From Cecembia sp. (GTDB lineage: Bacteria; Bacteroidota; Bacteroidia; Cytophagales; Cyclobacteriaceae): 64,000 bases of DNA. Positions within the stretch are counted from its first letter, which is position 1; every line of letters starts with the position of its first letter. The position numbers and the translations under genes are program-made. The notes under the pieces were generated by a model that did not search any database, was not told where the DNA came from, and saw only the letters and a program-made list of their open reading frames with translations. The stretch covers positions 7,322-71,321 of the forward strand of contig NZ_SLAP01000103.1 in assembly GCF_007126775.1 (NCBI RefSeq), given 5' to 3'. Shown here piece by piece: positions 1-10,568 of this stretch.

Positions 1-392
1 CTGCTACTTTTTTGATCCAGATTAAAATCAGGAGAATCCAAATACAGAGAATAAGCGTTCATGAACAAGGCTTCTTCAGCCAAAGGACTTCTGCTGTATG
101 TTTGGTAAAAAGTATTGAAGTAGCCAGCAGATTCAATATATCTTTTTGTTCTAAAGTGACTATAAGCATAATTGAAATCTGCCATTTCGGCTTTTTCACT
201 TCCTCTTATTACAGGGAGTATTTTATCGTACAAAATAATTGCCTTGTTAAACTCTCCTTGGTCGTAGTATTCATTGGCAGCTTCATAAAGTTCTTCCCAG
301 TTGGTGCTTTTTTCAAGTTTGTAGAATTTCCCACAAGAAGAAAAAGCCAAAGTAAGAAATAGAGCCAATATGTAAATTTGTTTTACTTTCAT
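1..392 (-). CDS. bamD: BamD/YfiO-like outer membrane assembly lipoprotein (N-terminal part; C-terminus lies outside the window)
   Basis: Absent from the ORF track because it runs off the window edge. Reverse complement from the ATG at 392 reads MKVKQIYILALFLTLAFSSCGKFYKLEKSTNWEELYEAANEYYDQGEFNKA... This is a lipoprotein signal with Cys followed by a TPR-like BamD-type N-terminus. Confidence 0.6.
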   Translation of the reverse strand, partial: MKVKQIYILALFLTLAFSSCGKFYKLEKSTNWEELYEAANEYYDQGEFNKAIILYDKILPVIRGSEKAEMADFNYAYSHFRTKRYIESAGYFNTFYQTYSRSPLAEEALFMNAYSLYLDSPDFNLDQKSS

Positions 393-461
393 AGAATTTT
401 GGAGCCGCAAATATAAGGGATTTAATATTGTTATCAAATTAGGCCCAAAGGCTTAGGAAGG

Positions 462-1169
462 TTACTTCTTGACAACGAGTTTTTTCGTGACTATATTTTT
501 ATTATCCACAAACAAGGTGTAAAAATATACCCCTGGGTTTAGGTCCGCTACATTAATTACCAATGTACGCTGTAAAGGATCCAACTCGTATTCTGCTACC
601 GGATTACCGATAAAGCTGTTGATAGAGATTTTCGCAGATGCGTTGGGGTTTTTGAATTCATAATCAATCTGTGCAATTCGGTTACTAGGGTTTGGATAAA
701 TACTTCCAAGAGAAATATCCTTGTGGTTAGTTTCATCATCAACAGGATTGAAAACCTCATAAACTGCTTCCACAAAAAAAACATCTCTTGCATTTTCTGT
801 ATTTGCAAAATGAAGATCAAAACTTCCTCTTAATTCACTTATTCCTAAATCAACCTCTAAGTAAAGGTCAGTGAATATTTCGTTGGGCTGAAGTGTAAGT
901 TTTACTTTGCTCAGATCTTTTTTAAGATTGTAGCACTTTTCTTCAATACATATTTTAACGTTCTGAGAAGATCCAATATTGCCTCTCAAAAACTTCAAAG
1001 AATATACTTTTGCTTGATCTGATTCATTTTGGATAATGAGCGATTGTCTTTGAGAAGTCCCTATCTTACCGCTGAATTCAATATTCTCAGACAAAACACG
1101 TACCTGCGCTTCCCCAACGATGGGAAGCATAAAAAAGATACAGGTAATGAGTGCAAGAATATTTTTCAT
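462..1169 (-). CDS. secreted protein with T9SS (Por) C-terminal sorting domain
   Basis: ORF 462..1241, trimmed to the internal ATG at 1169 (MKNILALITCIFFMLPIVGEAQ signal peptide). The C-terminal ~80 aa (SIYPNPSNRIAQIDYEF...GVYFYTLFVDNKNIVTKKLVVKK) match the T9SS CTD pattern. Confidence 0.6.
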   Translation of the reverse strand: MKNILALITCIFFMLPIVGEAQVRVLSENIEFSGKIGTSQRQSLIIQNESDQAKVYSLKFLRGNIGSSQNVKICIEEKCYNLKKDLSKVKLTLQPNEIFTDLYLEVDLGISELRGSFDLHFANTENARDVFFVEAVYEVFNPVDDETNHKDISLGSIYPNPSNRIAQIDYEFKNPNASAKISINSFIGNPVAEYELDPLQRTLVINVADLNPGVYFYTLFVDNKNIVTKKLVVKK

Positions 1170-1324
1170 GTAAATCTTTTGTCGATAAGCCTGGAGTTTA
1201 GAATTCTCTGACGATATTATTGATACGTATAAATTTACCAAATTGATTTGAACTTTTTACCCATTATGGGTTAAAATTTGTTAAGCTCAATAAAATTTTT
1301 TTTATCAAAATTCGTTCCGAAAAA

Positions 1325-2980
1325 TTAATCGGGCTTATCCTCTTCTAAAGGCTGTTTTTCCAATACAGTTTCTCCTTTTTGTTGCAATAGTTTTTGTATT
1401 TCTTCCTCCGATGGGAAAGGGATAATCACATCAGGTTGATCAAAAAGATTTTCAGGATTTCTTTCTCTTCTTACAGGTTTACGCCATGCAAAAATCTTAT
1501 CCATACTTGGTTTTTCCTCTTCCCTCCAGATAAAGCCCTCCAAAAGTTTATCTTCTTCCTGGATCATGTGAGGCGGGTTAAATGCGCCTTCCGGTTTTAC
1601 AAGCCAATTGATTCTTTTGATATTGCCCTCTTCAAAAAACATCATGATATTGGCGCAGAGCATTTTGTTCATCCCTCTTAGAACCGAATCTCCTACTACA
1701 TCGAAGTATATTGATTCTCCATTTCCTTCCACATGAAAGCGGCTGATCTTCCCTTCAGTGAAATAGCCTGTCATTTTTCTGCCTTTAATCTGATTGAAAT
1801 TTCCAAGGGTGTCTTTGGTAATATTGAATGCTTTTCTATTGAGGTAAACCCTATCAATTTCTTCATTGGCGATCAAAAAACTTACACTATCGGCAGTAAT
1901 TTGACTTTTATCATTCCATAATACTGGATCTTTGTACATGTAAATACTGGAATCAGCATATATATAAGCCAGGGAATCTGATATTCCATGAAGATCTGAT
2001 TTGATCATTTTCACATTATTGAAAGCCAATAAATGACGATCGTCAAACTGCTCACTATCCTGTGAAATCAAGCTATCGGCTATCATATATAAAGTATCCT
2101 TTTCAAAGTATTTTTGCACCAGGGCATTGCCATAAACCAGGCTGTACTTTCTATCCTCCCAATATTTGCCTTCTTCACCAAAAATCTCCACCTCTCTTTC
2201 TTTATTTAGCATGCTAACATTTAACCTGCCTTCATAATATTTGGCCAATTCGTCATAAAAAAGAATATCAGCATATATCTTATTGGTTTCGGTTTCTACT
2301 TCACCTTCAAAAAAACGAAACTGTTTTTTCTCGGTATCATAGAAACTTCCTTTTTGGGCATTGAGTTTATCGCCTTCTGCGGATACAATGTTGGTAAGTC
2401 CTACTGTTTCCGCTGTTTTTGGGACAGTCATATAGATCAGGAAGTTCGTCCTCATTGTGTAATCAGGATTGACCAAAATGACATTATCAGTAAAGGTAAT
2501 TTTTTCAGATCTGGTATCGTACAGTGCATTAATACTGGTCAGTACATTTGTAGAATCAACTACTTTGCCGTCATTAAAATAATTTGCCAGGCCTGTTTCT
2601 CTGTTATAATTCAAAAAATCAGTATACAAGGTAGTTTCTTCATTTTTCAAAACCACATTATTTCTCAATTTGGCAATTTTGGTGAATCCATCATATTCCG
2701 CATAATTGCTTGTAGTGATGACTGGGTCTTCTGTATCCACTATTCTTACCCTTCCGTAAAGTTTTGCCATATTGGCTTCCCTGAAAAAATGGGCTGAATC
2801 ACAATAGATCAATGAATTTTGGTGCTTCATTCGGACATTATTTATCAGCCGCTCAAATCCACTCGCACCCTGTAAAAGGTCCGCCTGCTGGATTTCCAGC
2901 ATATTACTTTGTTGGGAAAAAGCATAACCACAAGCTAAAAGCAAGCAGTTAAGAAAGAAAAAGAGGGTCTTTTTTACCAT
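1325..2980 (-). CDS. OstA/LptD-N-like domain protein (periplasmic or outer membrane, function unknown)
   Basis: 551-aa ORF with a signal peptide. The N-terminal segment NNVRMKHQNSLIYCDSAHFFREANMAKLYGRVRIV resembles the OstA-like repeat pattern. The acidic C-terminal tail is unassigned. Confidence 0.5.
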   Translation of the reverse strand: MVKKTLFFFLNCLLLACGYAFSQQSNMLEIQQADLLQGASGFERLINNVRMKHQNSLIYCDSAHFFREANMAKLYGRVRIVDTEDPVITTSNYAEYDGFTKIAKLRNNVVLKNEETTLYTDFLNYNRETGLANYFNDGKVVDSTNVLTSINALYDTRSEKITFTDNVILVNPDYTMRTNFLIYMTVPKTAETVGLTNIVSAEGDKLNAQKGSFYDTEKKQFRFFEGEVETETNKIYADILFYDELAKYYEGRLNVSMLNKEREVEIFGEEGKYWEDRKYSLVYGNALVQKYFEKDTLYMIADSLISQDSEQFDDRHLLAFNNVKMIKSDLHGISDSLAYIYADSSIYMYKDPVLWNDKSQITADSVSFLIANEEIDRVYLNRKAFNITKDTLGNFNQIKGRKMTGYFTEGKISRFHVEGNGESIYFDVVGDSVLRGMNKMLCANIMMFFEEGNIKRINWLVKPEGAFNPPHMIQEEDKLLEGFIWREEEKPSMDKIFAWRKPVRRERNPENLFDQPDVIIPFPSEEEIQKLLQQKGETVLEKQPLEEDKPD

Positions 2981-3030
2981 TATGAATTTGAGTCAGCGAC
3001 AAAATTAGCCAAAAATGATATTTTTGAATT

Positions 3031-4353
3031 ATGGAAAGTGTTTTTATCGATCATATACGGTCAAAAAATCTTTTAGATCCAAAATCCAGGTATTTATTGG
3101 CACTCAGCGGGGGGGCAGATAGTGTTGCCCTTGGCTATTTGCTGGAAGCTGCTGGGATAAATTTTGAAATAGCGCATGTCAATTATAGTTTAAGGGGCGA
3201 GGAAAGTGATGAAGATGAAGCTTTTGTTAAGGATCTTGCAAAAAAATGGGGGGTGATTTTACATTTCAAGAAAATCGAGGAGCGAGCTTTTTCCTCAAAA
3301 GAAGGATCCACCCAAATGGTGGCAAGAGATATTAGGTATTCTTGGTTCGATGAAATATTGGCTTTGAGTGGGCTTCAGGGGGTTTTAGTGGCACATCATT
3401 TTGAAGATCAGATGGAAACCATTCTACTTAATCTACTCCGCGGTGCAGGGATAGAAGGAGTCTATGGAATGTCTGATCGCCGAGGTCCAATTATCAGGCC
3501 TTTACTCTCATTTTACAAAGAGGAACTGTTGCATTACTTGCAGGAGAACAATTATACATGGAGAGAGGATCGCACCAACAAGGAGAGTTATTACAGAAGG
3601 AATTTCTTAAGAAATGAGGTTTTTCCCCTAATAGAGCAAAAATTTCCAATGGCAATGCCGGTGATGGGAAAGAGTTTTAGAAGAATTAAAGATACAGGAA
3701 AAGCGTTTTTTTATTTATACCAGCAATGGAAAGAAAGGCATGTGCATTCGGAAGGGGACTATCAGTTTATAAGAATTAAAGATTTTATAAACTTACCCGG
3801 GAAGAGCTCATTTTTGTTCTATTGGCTGAGAGATTTTGGTTTTGGCACATCTGACATAGAGGATGTTCTTGTTTGTGCAGAGCATGCTGTGGTGGGGAAA
3901 TTTTTTTATTCAGGAGAGTATGTTTTAAATGTAGATAGGGAGGAGCTGATTTTGGGTAAGTCTGCCTTTGATTGGAGACCTATTTCTATTGCTAAGGGGG
4001 ATATCAGGGTTCAGATCAATACTTCGGTTTATGATATCATACGTGTTGACAAAAATTTTCCTTTAGATAGAAATGTGGAAAATGCAATGTTGGATTTGGA
4101 CAAACTTTCCTTTCCACTTACCGTTAGAAAATGGGAACAGGGAGACAGAATGGTGCCATTGGGAATGAAATCCAGAAAGAAGATTTCCGATGTTTTGATT
4201 GACCTTAAATTGCCGCTTTTGGAAAAAAGAAAGGCAGCTGTTCTTTTGTCAGAAGGAGAGGTGGTCTGGTTAGTGGGCCATAGGATCGGTGAGAAGTACA
4301 AGTGTGATGTCAATACTGAAAATGTTTTATATTTGAAAAAGATTAAACCATGA
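3031..4353 (+). CDS. tilS: tRNA(Ile)-lysidine synthase
   Basis: N-terminal PP-loop motif LALSGGADSVAL, length of 440 aa, and a C-terminal TilS substrate-binding-like region. Confidence 0.9.
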   Translation: MESVFIDHIRSKNLLDPKSRYLLALSGGADSVALGYLLEAAGINFEIAHVNYSLRGEESDEDEAFVKDLAKKWGVILHFKKIEERAFSSKEGSTQMVARDIRYSWFDEILALSGLQGVLVAHHFEDQMETILLNLLRGAGIEGVYGMSDRRGPIIRPLLSFYKEELLHYLQENNYTWREDRTNKESYYRRNFLRNEVFPLIEQKFPMAMPVMGKSFRRIKDTGKAFFYLYQQWKERHVHSEGDYQFIRIKDFINLPGKSSFLFYWLRDFGFGTSDIEDVLVCAEHAVVGKFFYSGEYVLNVDREELILGKSAFDWRPISIAKGDIRVQINTSVYDIIRVDKNFPLDRNVENAMLDLDKLSFPLTVRKWEQGDRMVPLGMKSRKKISDVLIDLKLPLLEKRKAAVLLSEGEVVWLVGHRIGEKYKCDVNTENVLYLKKIKP

Positions 4354-4886
4354 TCAATCCATTTTCCAGAACTTTTAGTGTCAATGAGTTGGAAACGTTT
4401 CAGTTCTTATCTCAGGTCAATCTTTTCGAAAAATTGAAAAATATGGAAATGGCCAGGTTTCTTCCGGCACTTCACTATCGAAAATACAGAAGAAATGAAA
4501 TAGTTTTTTTCAGTGGAGATCCAAGTCAGGCTTTGTATGTGGTCAAGTCAGGCCGAATCCATCTTACAATAGATATCAAAGATAATTTCGAGATAATCAA
4601 TGAGGTCAACAAAACGGAAGCATTTGGAGAGAATTCATTGTTGGAAAATGTCACAAGAATCTACACAGCTGTTGTATCATCTGAAGAGGCAGAATTACTG
4701 GTTGTCCCTCATTTTGCCATTCAGGAAGTATTTGACAGCAATCCCAAAATAAAGGCCAAGATGATGGCTTCTCTGGCGGCGTTCTATAATCAAAACAATA
4801 AAAGGCTTTTTAAATCTTACAAGAACTCATTTGGTTTTTTCAATCTTCAGGAAATGTTTGACAGAAACAAAGAGGAAACCAGGTAA
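4350..4886 (+). CDS. cyclic nucleotide-binding (Crp/Fnr-type effector) domain protein
   Basis: 178 aa. cNMP-binding-like beta-roll pattern (IVFFSGDPSQALYVVKSGRIHL...FGENSLL). The ATGA overlap with the tilS stop suggests translational coupling. No HTH domain is visible. Confidence 0.55.
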   Translation: MINPFSRTFSVNELETFQFLSQVNLFEKLKNMEMARFLPALHYRKYRRNEIVFFSGDPSQALYVVKSGRIHLTIDIKDNFEIINEVNKTEAFGENSLLENVTRIYTAVVSSEEAELLVVPHFAIQEVFDSNPKIKAKMMASLAAFYNQNNKRLFKSYKNSFGFFNLQEMFDRNKEETR

Positions 4887-5031
4887 AGGCAATAATTTCG
4901 TGTATATCAATTAGCAATTATATGCGCTGAATTGCCAAGTAATCAGCTGTATTATTTTACAAAATGTCCTTTCTTTAATAACTTAGCGCGTATTTTGAAA
5001 TTAATGTATCAACTTAAATAAATCCATAATC

Positions 5032-5970
5032 ATGACAAAAGTAACCGTAGTAGGTGCCGGCAATGTGGGAGCAACCTGTGCCGATGTTTTGGCTTACAGA
5101 GAAATTGCTGAACAGATCGTATTGGTAGATATCAAAGAGGGAGTAGCCGAAGGCAAAGCCTTGGATATTTGGCAAAAAGCACCTATCAATCAATACGACA
5201 GTAGGACAGTGGGAAGTACCAATGACTACAGCAAAACAGCGAATTCTGATGTGGTTGTAATAACTTCCGGTTTACCAAGAAAGCCAGGAATGACCAGAGA
5301 TGACCTTATAGAAACCAATGCTGGAATCGTTAAATCTGTTACCGAAAATGTAATCAAGCATTCTCCAGATGCCATTATCATAGTTGTTTCCAATCCCTTG
5401 GATGTCATGACATATCAGGCCCATATCACTTCCAAGCTTCCCCGTACTAAAGTAATCGGTATGGCGGGTATTTTGGATACCGCCAGATACAGGGCGTTTA
5501 TTGCAGAGGAATTAAATATTTCACCCAAAGAAATCCAGGCGATCCTTATGGGTGGTCATGGAGATACCATGGTTCCACTTCCTAGATATACCACGGTTGC
5601 GGGGATTCCTGTTACCGAATTGATAGCAAAAGACAAATTGGATGCAATTATAGAAAGAACGAAGTTTGGGGGAGGAGAACTGGTGAAGTTAATGGGTACT
5701 TCTGCTTGGTATGCCCCAGGATCAGCTTCTGCCCAAATGGTAGAAGCCATTCTGAAAAACCAAAAAAGGGTATTCCCCGTATGCATCAAACTGGATGGAG
5801 AATATGGGATAGATGATTGTTATTTGGGCGTACCAGTAGTCTTGGGAAGAAATGGCGTGGAGAAAGTTATCGAACTTGATCTCAATAAAGAAGAAAAAGA
5901 ACTCCTGGAGGTATCCAGAGGACATGTAAAAGAAGTGATGGGAGTATTGGACAAGCTGTCTACAAAATAA
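5032..5970 (+). CDS. mdh: malate dehydrogenase (LDH-like family)
   Basis: MTKVTVVGAGNVGATCA Rossmann N-terminus, GGHGDTMVP motif, 312 aa. Confidence 0.9.
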   Translation: MTKVTVVGAGNVGATCADVLAYREIAEQIVLVDIKEGVAEGKALDIWQKAPINQYDSRTVGSTNDYSKTANSDVVVITSGLPRKPGMTRDDLIETNAGIVKSVTENVIKHSPDAIIIVVSNPLDVMTYQAHITSKLPRTKVIGMAGILDTARYRAFIAEELNISPKEIQAILMGGHGDTMVPLPRYTTVAGIPVTELIAKDKLDAIIERTKFGGGELVKLMGTSAWYAPGSASAQMVEAILKNQKRVFPVCIKLDGEYGIDDCYLGVPVVLGRNGVEKVIELDLNKEEKELLEVSRGHVKEVMGVLDKLSTK

Positions 5971-5991
5971 CCCTATTCCTTTAGAATATTG

Positions 5992-6021
5992 AAATCCCGG
6001 TTTTTAATCGGGATTTTTTTA
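5992..6021 (+). terminator. intrinsic terminator after mdh
   Basis: 8-bp stem AAATCCCG/CGGGATTT with a 9-nt loop, followed by a T run. Confidence 0.75.
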
Positions 6022-6063
6022 TTTATTTTGATAGCAAGATATTTCAATCAAAAAAACAGGTAA

Positions 6064-8793
6064 GTGAAAATCAAAAAGCTCATAATTGGATTCCTATTGA
6101 CTGCGGGAATTCTTGCTGCAGTATTTTATGTTTATAAATTCGGATTACCGATTGTTTCCAAAAGAAATGCGCTGGAGCTCGTTTCTTCAGAAGCAATCCT
6201 GATTTTTGAGACTACTGAGCCCGTAATGGCCTGGAACCAGCTGGTTACCCAGCCCATCTGGGAGAGGCTTTCGGAATTACCGGTTTTATACCAGGCACAA
6301 AGTCAGATTATGGCCTTGGACAGCATTTTGGGGAAAAGTGGGCGATTGGAAAAAGCACTCAAAGGAAACCAGTTTGTAATTTCATTGCATCCTGTAGGTA
6401 GGGAAGAATTTGACTTTCTCCATACGATTGCTTTCCAAGATAGAGCAGTCCCTGAGCTTTTGGGTGAACTTGAAAATAACCTACCTCCTTTAACCAGAAT
6501 TAATACCCGAAATTACAGTAATGTAGAGATCAAGGAACTACAGAGTCTAGACCTGGAAAGAAATCTTAGCTTTGCTCTAATAGGAAATATTTTCGTAGCC
6601 AGTTATAGCTCATTTTTGGTAGAAGAAGCCATTCGCTATGCGCAAAATACGAACTTGTCTGATTTCAAATCTTCAAACAGGCCCTTATTTGATGCGCTGC
6701 CTAAGTCAAGAGGCTTAGGTGTATTCAGGCTTTCATCCACAGGTTTAGGACGTTTGATCGCTGGAATTACGAGGGATAAAGATCTTAAAATGATTCAATC
6801 ATTTGCCAACAGGGGTGTGTCAGCCAACCTTGAACTTAAATTTTTGGATGAAAAAATCTCTATGGATGGCAAGGCATTTTTTCCCGATGGGAAAAAATTC
6901 AGTTTCGCATCTTCAAGCGGAACTGATGCAAAGGTTTTTCAAAACCTGCTAAGCAACAGGGTTTCCGTTTTGCACCAATATACCCTCCAGGATCTCAAAC
7001 AATTAAAAGTTTTTGAAGATGATACTTTTGAAATAACAAGTACGCTAAAAGGTGACCTTGAGAAAGAACTCATTGAAAATGGTTTTTTTGAAAAGTTATC
7101 AGGAGAATTAGCTTTCATTCTGTTTGAATTGATACCTAATGAGCCTCAAGATAAAATCCTTTTGGCCAAAACAAGTGACGTTGAAGCACAGATCAATATG
7201 TTAAAATCCTTTGCCTTGAACCATGGCCGTTCAGAAACAGGGGACCTTCCTTCAGATTTTTATCAACAGCAGGAAATATTTATGATTGCTGCTGATGAAT
7301 TTCCAGCCCATCTTTTTGGCGGAAAATTCCAAGGTTTTTCAGATACATACTTTACAGCTATAGGGGATGTATTGGTAATGTCCAACAGCAGTAAGTCTAT
7401 GAAATTATTCATTGATGACCTCAATAATGACAATACCTGGGGAAAATCGCTAAATCAAAAGAGGATGCTTGATATCATATCTCCTGATCATGGTTATCAT
7501 TTTATGATCAATACGCCACGATTTTGGGCCGCAGTACTGGAAAAAAGTTCGCCTAATTGGCAGCCATTTTTTCAAAAATATGCACCTCAAATCAAATCCA
7601 TGGACTTGATGAGTATCAAAGTCAAAGAATATGATAAGTCCAATCAACTTAATCTGGAATGGTCCTATAATTTGGCCCCCATAAAGGCTGTACAGGATGT
7701 GCTTTTAACAGAAAACAGATATGTGCAATTTCAAAATAGACTTAGTTACGGACCAGTAATGGTCCAGAACTTTGTGGATAGAAGTCAGGAGTTTGTATTG
7801 CAGGATATAGAAAATAACCTTTACCTTTTTACAGCAGAAGGGGAACAGGTTTTTGGGTACCCATTGGATGGGCCTATAATATCAGATATTTTCCAAGTGG
7901 ATTTTTATAAAAACGGGAAGCTTCAGCTGCTCTTTGCTACAGGAAATCAGATTTACATCATTGACCGTTTGGGTAATTTGCTGCCTAATTATCCTTTGGC
8001 ATTGGAGGGAGAAACAATCACCCATTTGAATCTGGTTGATTACAGCAATACGAGAGATTACAGGTTTTTCTTAGGGACTACCACCGGAAAACTGATTTTA
8101 CTGGATAAGAATGGTACTGCTCTTGAAGGATGGAACCCTAACCAAATCAGAGGGCCTTTGGCAGTAAAGCCAGCCCATCATAGGATTGCCGGTGTAGGAG
8201 ACAGAATGGTGGCATTATCTGCCAATGGAGAACTTTATTTTTTCAACAGAAGGGGAGAGGTCGAACCTGGAAGCCCAATCAGGTTAGGAGATGGACTTTC
8301 TACGGAATATATTCTCTTGGAAAGAGGGAGTGCTAGAGATAGTAGGCTTGTGACTATCACCAAAGAGGGAGAGGTAGTTCAGGTTAATTTGAGAGGAGAA
8401 CTGGCATATCGAAATCAATTGCTGCGTCCAGATAGAGAAAGTAGGTTTCACTTGATTAAAGACCAAAAAGAAGACCGGTACTTGTTTGTTGTCTATGAAT
8501 ACAATAAAGTTACAGTTCTGAGTAACGAATTTAAACCATTGTTCACGGTGGACATTTTTTCCCAGGAATTAAAGTTTCAGTTTTTTTCTTTTGGTACAGA
8601 CAAAAATATTTTTGTTATAACTGATAAAAATCAAGAGTTTATCTATCTGTATAACTTAGAAGGAGTGCTTCTTAACACCTTACCTATCAGTGGGGACAGT
8701 AATGTTATCATCCGATATTCAGGAAGTCAAAATGATTATACCATTTTCACAGCATCAGGCAATAGGTTTTCTGAATATAGATTGCCTTTATAA
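6064..8793 (+). CDS. large membrane-anchored hypothetical protein
   Basis: 909-aa ORF with a GTG start and an N-terminal hydrophobic helix (LIIGFLLTAGILAAVFYVY). The C-terminal ~350 aa is rich in short beta-strand-like repeats (propeller-like). No catalytic motif recognised. Confidence 0.55.
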   Translation: MKIKKLIIGFLLTAGILAAVFYVYKFGLPIVSKRNALELVSSEAILIFETTEPVMAWNQLVTQPIWERLSELPVLYQAQSQIMALDSILGKSGRLEKALKGNQFVISLHPVGREEFDFLHTIAFQDRAVPELLGELENNLPPLTRINTRNYSNVEIKELQSLDLERNLSFALIGNIFVASYSSFLVEEAIRYAQNTNLSDFKSSNRPLFDALPKSRGLGVFRLSSTGLGRLIAGITRDKDLKMIQSFANRGVSANLELKFLDEKISMDGKAFFPDGKKFSFASSSGTDAKVFQNLLSNRVSVLHQYTLQDLKQLKVFEDDTFEITSTLKGDLEKELIENGFFEKLSGELAFILFELIPNEPQDKILLAKTSDVEAQINMLKSFALNHGRSETGDLPSDFYQQQEIFMIAADEFPAHLFGGKFQGFSDTYFTAIGDVLVMSNSSKSMKLFIDDLNNDNTWGKSLNQKRMLDIISPDHGYHFMINTPRFWAAVLEKSSPNWQPFFQKYAPQIKSMDLMSIKVKEYDKSNQLNLEWSYNLAPIKAVQDVLLTENRYVQFQNRLSYGPVMVQNFVDRSQEFVLQDIENNLYLFTAEGEQVFGYPLDGPIISDIFQVDFYKNGKLQLLFATGNQIYIIDRLGNLLPNYPLALEGETITHLNLVDYSNTRDYRFFLGTTTGKLILLDKNGTALEGWNPNQIRGPLAVKPAHHRIAGVGDRMVALSANGELYFFNRRGEVEPGSPIRLGDGLSTEYILLERGSARDSRLVTITKEGEVVQVNLRGELAYRNQLLRPDRESRFHLIKDQKEDRYLFVVYEYNKVTVLSNEFKPLFTVDIFSQELKFQFFSFGTDKNIFVITDKNQEFIYLYNLEGVLLNTLPISGDSNVIIRYSGSQNDYTIFTASGNRFSEYRLPL

Positions 8794-8801
8794 ATTAAAC
8801 T

Positions 8802-8836
8802 CATCCCTAAGAAATTACTCTTAGGGATGTTTTTTT
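8802..8836 (+). terminator. intrinsic terminator after the 909-aa gene
   Basis: 10-bp stem CATCCCTAAG/CTTAGGGATG with an 8-nt loop and a T7 run. It overlaps the ORF-track start at 8835, which supports the downstream start for the next gene. Confidence 0.8.
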
Positions 8837-8897
8837 GTTTTTGTTTCTCTCCTTACCATTCCCTTCTTACTTTTGCAGGGGATTTAAAAAGAAAGAC

Positions 8898-10568
8898 ATG
8901 TCTGATTTCAGCTTTAAACATATTTCGCTTATTCTTTTTTTATGCTTGAGTCAGTTTATCCAAGCCCAAGTGATATTGGATGATCAAATGATTCCTTTAG
9001 AGGAATCAGATTACCATAATCTTCAGACACCTTACCATACAACCCTGACTTTTTTTTATAATCTAAGGGAGGATAATTATGACCCCAAAGTAGCTTCCGA
9101 AGCACTTTTTTTGGATGATGAGGCGTCAAAAAATGCTGAAAGATTAGCCATCAAGCTCAAACAAATTTTTGATGGTAACGGGGTTTATGTAAAAATTTCA
9201 GAGGTCCCCAATGACCCAAATTGGATAGATTCTCTGTATACTACACAGTCGAGGTACTTTTTTGATACAAGAAGGCTACCACTAGTGTATCTGGAGAAAA
9301 TTAATGGAGAATGGAAATTCAGTGCTTTCACGGTTTCGCAGATTGATGAAATGCACAAGGAAACTTATCCATATGGAACAGATAGATTGTTGAATATTCT
9401 TCCAAAAATGGGGAATGAAGTTTATTTGGGTTTACACTTTTGGCAGTTGGCGGGTCTTTTTCTCCTTATCTTAAGTCTCTTTGTTGCCCATAAGCTCATG
9501 ACTTTTTTATTGGACAGGGGATTTATGTATGTGGTTTCAAAAATGGGCTATGGTTATGTGGGAGAAAAATACCTTTTACCCGTTGCCAGGGTTACAAGTA
9601 TTTATTTGATCATTGTTATTTCATCACTTTTTATCCGGCTGCTACAATTACCGATTGAGGTAGTATCCATGGTACTTAAGTTATTGAATGCGGCCAAGCC
9701 CTTGGTAATTACCATTGTATTTTACAAAATCGTAGATATTGTAGCTCTCTATTTTTCTAAACTGGCAGAAAAGACAGAGTCCACCCTCGATGATCAATTG
9801 GTTCCATTGATGCGGAAAACACTAAAAGCGTTTGTGGTCATTGTGGGTACTTTGTTTGTTCTCAAAGAAGGTCTAGAGATAGATATCGTTCCTTTCCTTA
9901 CGGGTTTGTCTATTGGAGGTTTGGCTTTTGCATTGGCTGCACAGGATACGATCAAAAACTTTTTCGGCTCAATCATGATATTCATTGATAAACCTTTTCA
10001 GGTAGGGGATTGGATAACTTCAGGGGATGTGGACGGCACAGTCGAAGAAGTTGGATTCCGATCTACACGGGTCCGGACCTTTCGAAATTCCCTCATGTAT
10101 ATACCAAATGGAAAAATTGCAGATGCTACTATTGACAACCACGGTCTGCGTCAATACAGGAGATTTTTCACGACTTTGACAATTACCTACGATACGCCCC
10201 CTGAATTGATAGAGGCTTTTGTTGAAGGATTGAAGAAAATTGTGGATCATCATCCGGATACCAGAAAAGATTACTACAATGTTTATTTTAATAATCTATC
10301 TGCATACAGTCAGGACATCATGTTTTATATCTTTTTTGAAGTGCCCACTTGGCCTCAAGAATTGCGGTGCAGGCATGAAATACTCGTTCAGATTATCAAA
10401 TTGGCCAACTCTCTTGGGGTAAGGTTTGCATTCCCTACCCAAACGCTCCATATGGAAAACTTTCCAGAGAAGAAAACCTTGGTTCCTGGCTATGCCGCAG
10501 AAGCCTCTGCCTACACAGCTAAATTACAGGATTTTGTAGCGAAAGAACTCGTTCGAAGAGACAATTAA
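8898..10568 (+). CDS. mechanosensitive ion channel (MscS family) with N-terminal extracytoplasmic domain
   Basis: ORF 8835..10568 trimmed to the ATG at 8898 (signal-like MSDFSFKHISLILFLCLSQFIQAQ). MscS core pattern GSIMIFIDKPFQVGDWI...GTVEEVGFRSTRVRTF. Confidence 0.8.
   Translation: MSDFSFKHISLILFLCLSQFIQAQVILDDQMIPLEESDYHNLQTPYHTTLTFFYNLREDNYDPKVASEALFLDDEASKNAERLAIKLKQIFDGNGVYVKISEVPNDPNWIDSLYTTQSRYFFDTRRLPLVYLEKINGEWKFSAFTVSQIDEMHKETYPYGTDRLLNILPKMGNEVYLGLHFWQLAGLFLLILSLFVAHKLMTFLLDRGFMYVVSKMGYGYVGEKYLLPVARVTSIYLIIVISSLFIRLLQLPIEVVSMVLKLLNAAKPLVITIVFYKIVDIVALYFSKLAEKTESTLDDQLVPLMRKTLKAFVVIVGTLFVLKEGLEIDIVPFLTGLSIGGLAFALAAQDTIKNFFGSIMIFIDKPFQVGDWITSGDVDGTVEEVGFRSTRVRTFRNSLMYIPNGKIADATIDNHGLRQYRRFFTTLTITYDTPPELIEAFVEGLKKIVDHHPDTRKDYYNVYFNNLSAYSQDIMFYIFFEVPTWPQELRCRHEILVQIIKLANSLGVRFAFPTQTLHMENFPEKKTLVPGYAAEASAYTAKLQDFVAKELVRRDN

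Noticed and set aside
12-362. 116-aa plus-strand ORF at the window start
   Set aside because: It is antisense to a much better-supported BamD-like lipoprotein gene on the minus strand. Its composition is low-complexity and Ile/Phe-rich, typical of antisense frames in AT-rich DNA.
8835-8897. N-terminal extensions proposed by the ORF track (8835, 16861, 22832, 23275, 29267, 31145, 34416, 39534, 62093, 1241, 12184)
   Set aside because: In each case an internal ATG is followed by a clean signal peptide or conserved family N-terminus. The extension overlaps a terminator or the preceding gene, so the shorter models were used.
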